Of a stretch of 64,000 nucleotides of DNA, positions 59,881 to 64,000 are shown piece by piece; within the stretch, counting starts at the first letter, position 1; every line of letters begins with the position of its first letter. The DNA comes from the human T2T-CHM13v2.0 reference genome, Homo sapiens. A model generated the notes under the pieces. The model was not told the origin of the DNA. It made no database searches and saw only the letters and a program-made list of their open reading frames with translations. A program made the translations under genes and the position numbers. The DNA lies in assembly GCF_009914755.1 (NCBI RefSeq), contig NC_060932.1; one strand, 5' to 3'.

Positions 59881-60359
59881 AAAAATCTGATTAATTCAAA
59901 TTTTTCTTTATCATCTGTTTTATTGTGATAAATACTATATATGATATGTGTTCTGTATAAGCAAGCTATAAAGTACAACAATAATGAGAATACCCTTGCA
60001 ACATCACAATCCAAGAAATCGGTATCTACCTAGATGTTCCCCTATCTCATTCATCTATTTCCTTTTCATAGATAAATATTACCCTGAATTTTGTGTTTAT
60101 CATTTTCTTAAATTTTAAAACAATGATTATATTACATATTTATGTGTCTGTAAATTTACATAATTTTACTAACTATGAGCATTAGAAGTAAAAATTGTCT
60201 ATATATAGTTTTCTGGGACTTGTTTTTATTCTTTTTTTCATTGTCATCACTTGATTATTAGGCTTCTTAATTTTCTCAAACTAGTGTATTTGAAATGAAG
60301 TCACATGAAGTTCTTAGTTCTATTTTTCTAGTTGCTAATGATATAAAATGAGACAAAAT

Positions 60360-62280
60360 ATTAAAATCATGAAATAGAGCTTAACAGACATGGAAGCTGG
60401 AATGAGAACATCCAATATGAATTTCATGTAAGTTACAGAGGAAAGGAGAGAAAGAATCGTGAAGAAGCAATAGTCAAAGTGAATGAAGCTGGTTATATTC
60501 CCAAACTGATAGACATAAATCCACTAATATAAGAAGTACAGCAAATGTTAGATGGATAAATTATCAATACAAAACCACAGATAAGTAAAACTGCAGATAT
60601 GAAAGACAAAGAGAATGACAAACAGATTGGTGGCAGTCATTTTAAGAGCCACAAGAAAAGCTTGAAGCCAGGGGACCAATTTTTTCAGCACACTGATAGA
60701 AGGAATCAAAATAACTGTCAACCTAATAAGTGTGTATATAGTAAAACAATTTCAAAGATCAAGTCAAAATAGAGAAAATGAAATCAGAAGGTTTCTTGAT
60801 CAATTTACTTTCACTAAATGAACTTCCAAAAGATATACTTCAGGCAGAAGGAAAATAATCCCAGAAGAAATGCCCGAGGTGCTTTTAGAACGGAGAACAA
60901 TTGGTAAATTCATGCGCAAATTTAAATAAATATTTGTTGTGGGTGAGCGATGACTATCTGAGCCAGTGGTGCAGGGTTAAATAATTTACCAAGATGGTTG
61001 TAGATAAAGAAAGGCAGATTTATTAACAAAAGCAGGAAAATACGTTGCAAGGAGGCAATGAGCAGGCCAGCAGAAGAGAAACTGATTGCCAGGAAACAAA
61101 GGTTTGCTGAAGATTTTATAGAATAGTGTTTATAACGTATGCTGAAGAGAGCTTGTGCAGTACTGATAAACCAAGGTTAGAGTGGGTTAACTTGCAGGTA
61201 TCTGGTGACAAGTTTCTTGCAGGAGGGACCTACATGTTCTGGACCAAGAAGAAAGGCAGATTTATAGCTTATCTTCTTTCTCTTTGCTTTCCCTGGTCCT
61301 ACCAGCCTGACTACTTTTCCCTAATTAAGGCTCCACAAGATTGTCTGTATAAAAAAAGAAAAATAATATTGACTAAGTTCTCGATTAAAAAAAAATAAAG
61401 TAGAATAAACTGTACTAAAATATTAGCAGGAAACTAGGGAAGAGGATCATCAAAGCACTTTCAGTTCCTTGTGTATTTTAGGATGAATGTTAAGATACTG
61501 ATCAACTTTAGACTTCAAGATAAATGTTAAGGTCAACAATCAATAAGAAATAGAAATATACTACAAAGTTTCTGAAACCTGTTTGGTAATTTTGGTAGAG
61601 AGAAAAATTCAGCAAGAGAAAAATCTTAATCAATCCAAAAGTGGCAATACAGCAAAGCAAAAGAAACATAAAATAAACTGGAAAAAACCAGAGCACATGA
61701 TAAGATAGTGGAAATAAATACAGTGCAAAGAGATGGTCAGATTGTATATTTTTTTAAAAGAAAAGGTAAGTATTCATTACAAGAGACTAACCTAAAACAA
61801 AGAATACCAACAGGCAAAAGGTTGCAATCAAAATATAGAAAAATACATGCAAATGGTTGAAATCAAAATATAGAAAATCAAAATCAAAATATAGAAATCA
61901 AAAAATCAAAATATAGAAAAAATCTATAATGTAAAGCTAAAACTAAAATATCTAAAATGTAAAGCTAAAACTGAAAGCCTATATATATAAAGAAAGCATA
62001 TATACATATATTTTATTTATATATATAAGTAAGATCCAATTCACCTTATTTCACTAACAGGCACTGCAGAAGAAATGGACAAATCCATCATTATTTTGGA
62101 GAGTTCAAAAGATCCTTTTAATTAATAATACAGTCAAGTAAGAAATAAAAAAGACTGGAAGTTTTGGAAAAGCAATATTAACAAGCTTGGTTTGTGAACA
62201 TGTGAAGAAACTTGTAATTACAAAAAACTTGTATTCAGTACTTATGAGGTAGTTTTTAACAATGAGAAAATCATTAGACC
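60360..62280 (+). mobile_element. Old L1M ORF1/ORF2-start remnants interrupted by a solo LTR
   Basis: A-rich L1 motifs (cttcaggcagaaggaaaataatcccagaagaaa; ttacaagagactaacctaaaac; gaagaaatggacaaatcc). Confidence 0.6.
60935..61337 (-). mobile_element. ERV1 solo LTR (MER83/MER84-like), same orientation as MSR1
   Basis: Minus strand TGtggagccttaattagggaaaagtagtcaggctggtaggacc...cccacaaCA; TATA box ctataaaa at 61121-61114; AATAAA at 61024-61019; TSD atatt/agatt. Confidence 0.82.
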
Positions 62281-62478
62281 TTAAGATATATTTTGCTTTT
62301 CCCTTTCTATTTAAGTGATACCAGGCTACTGGTTATCGTACCCTGTCTTTATCTGATTTTCATATTCTTTCCTTTGGGTATTTGCAGTAAATGTAAGCTC
62401 AGAAACTATTTATTTCAAACCATAGGATTTCAAATATCAAATCTCTGCATGTATCAGTATATTTTAATATATATATCA

Positions 62479-62715
<237 letters not shown>

Positions 62716-63339
62716 TCACAGCCTTTGTTACATACATAATTATCAAATATGAAAGTTCAAGAAACCCTCGGAGTTCAGGTTTTTAAAAACATATTATGGG
62801 AGTTTTATGGAATAAGAATATAGAAATTAGAAAACTGTTTTGAAAGTAGTAATTCTTTAATTGTGAAACATTTCCTCTTTTGACTGAATGGCTGAATGTT
62901 TACAATCACAACCCCCTTCAAAAATCAATTTAATGTATCTATGATATGTTTCTATTCCTATATATATAGATGTCAAAATTCTAACAATAAAATTAAATAA
63001 ACACCATAAGGTCTTAATTTATCTGAAGTAAAATGTCTTCGTACTGTACTTACAGTGGCAACATAGTCAAATTTCGTGAATTTGATAGATTTATATTGGA
63101 AATTGTTTTATAGTAATAAGTGAAGTTTAATGTCATAATCCTCAGTGGTGATGATCATTGACAATAGATTTTCATACTCAATAAAACCTCGAACTCGCAT
63201 ATTAACAGTGCTTTACTTTCAGTTTGCATTGCCTCTGTATTTGAGGCATTAGTATTTTGTGTTTTCAAATACACGTATATTTTGTGTATATTTATACATA
63301 CACATTCATATACTTAAGAGTGTGAAAAAGACAGAGGAT

Positions 63340-64000
63340 CTACCTATATCCTGGAATATGCTTTTATATTTTACTCAATAATATATTAAGGATATTTATC
63401 TATTAAAATACTTTAGAGACTGATATTTTCAGTAATTTAGTGGAATTGAATCTATTTCTCAAAATTTATTTAGGATTCCTATTCATAGTGTTTTGAGCTG
63501 TGCACTTTTCTACAACTAAACAATGCTGCCATGAACATCATTTTAAATATATTTGTATATTGATATAAGTACTTCTATAGAACATCTTCCTGAAGTGGAT
63601 TTGACCAAAGGGACTAAACATTAAACAGCATTTTTGTTCAACCATTGCCGTACTACTCTCCAAATATATGCTACCATTTTTCTTCCTCTTACTGCGTATC
63701 AGCGTCCACTTTTTGCAGCTGAATACTGGGTACCATTAATATATTTAAGTTTGCATAGTAAGAGTAGGTACATAGCAAATCATTATTACTTAACTTGTTT
63801 TTCAAATTATAGTGAGGTTAAAGTATCCAGTCATTAAATTTCTGACGATTAATGTTTATTAATTTTTCTTTTAGATCATTTGCTTGGTTTTCTCTTTCAG
63901 CATTGGGCTTTTTATTTTTGATGAACCAAATGTTCTCATCTATTCTGGTAATAATTTTTGTCTCTCTGTTCTACTTTTATCCCATTTTCTGTCTTCATTG
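63340..64000 (-). mobile_element. Old L1ME-type fragment
   Basis: aaacaatgctgccatgaacatc...cctgaagtggat...tagtgaggttaa, antisense L1 3' motifs. Confidence 0.55.

Overview
Human (primate) genomic DNA containing the 3' two-thirds of MSR1 (macrophage scavenger receptor 1 / SR-A / SCARA1 / CD204, chr8p22) on the minus strand. I read seven coding exons directly, all with canonical AG/GT ends: a coiled-coil exon (62694-62508), three collagen exons (53587-53507, 48750-48670, 42050-41997), the SR-AII-specific terminal exon (39484-39441 to stop), and two SRCR exons (19054-18866; 8664-8531 to stop). A ~2.2 kb SR-AI 3'UTR ends near an ATTAAA at 6344-6349. The rest is AT-rich intron and flank filled with Alu, L1, L2, MIR, LTR and DNA-transposon fossils, including a nested Tigger1/HSMAR2/L1/Alu stack. 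A 1-kb purine-pyrimidine microsatellite explains all the long ORFs at 596-1888. I found no new protein-coding system. The most unusual signals are: (i) at least five local templated-duplication or template-switch scars, two in the alternative 3'UTRs, one at a palindrome with a 57-bp target duplication and one forming a perfect 21-bp hairpin; (ii) splicing architecture that could control or extend the SR-AI/II/III repertoire, namely a twin 5' splice site after exon 8, inverted Alus plus a U30 tract around the skipped SRCR exon, and a sense-oriented solo LTR with TATA and AATAAA after the coiled-coil exon. Exon numbers, protein numbering and repeat subfamily names are from recall and should be confirmed by alignment/RepeatMasker.
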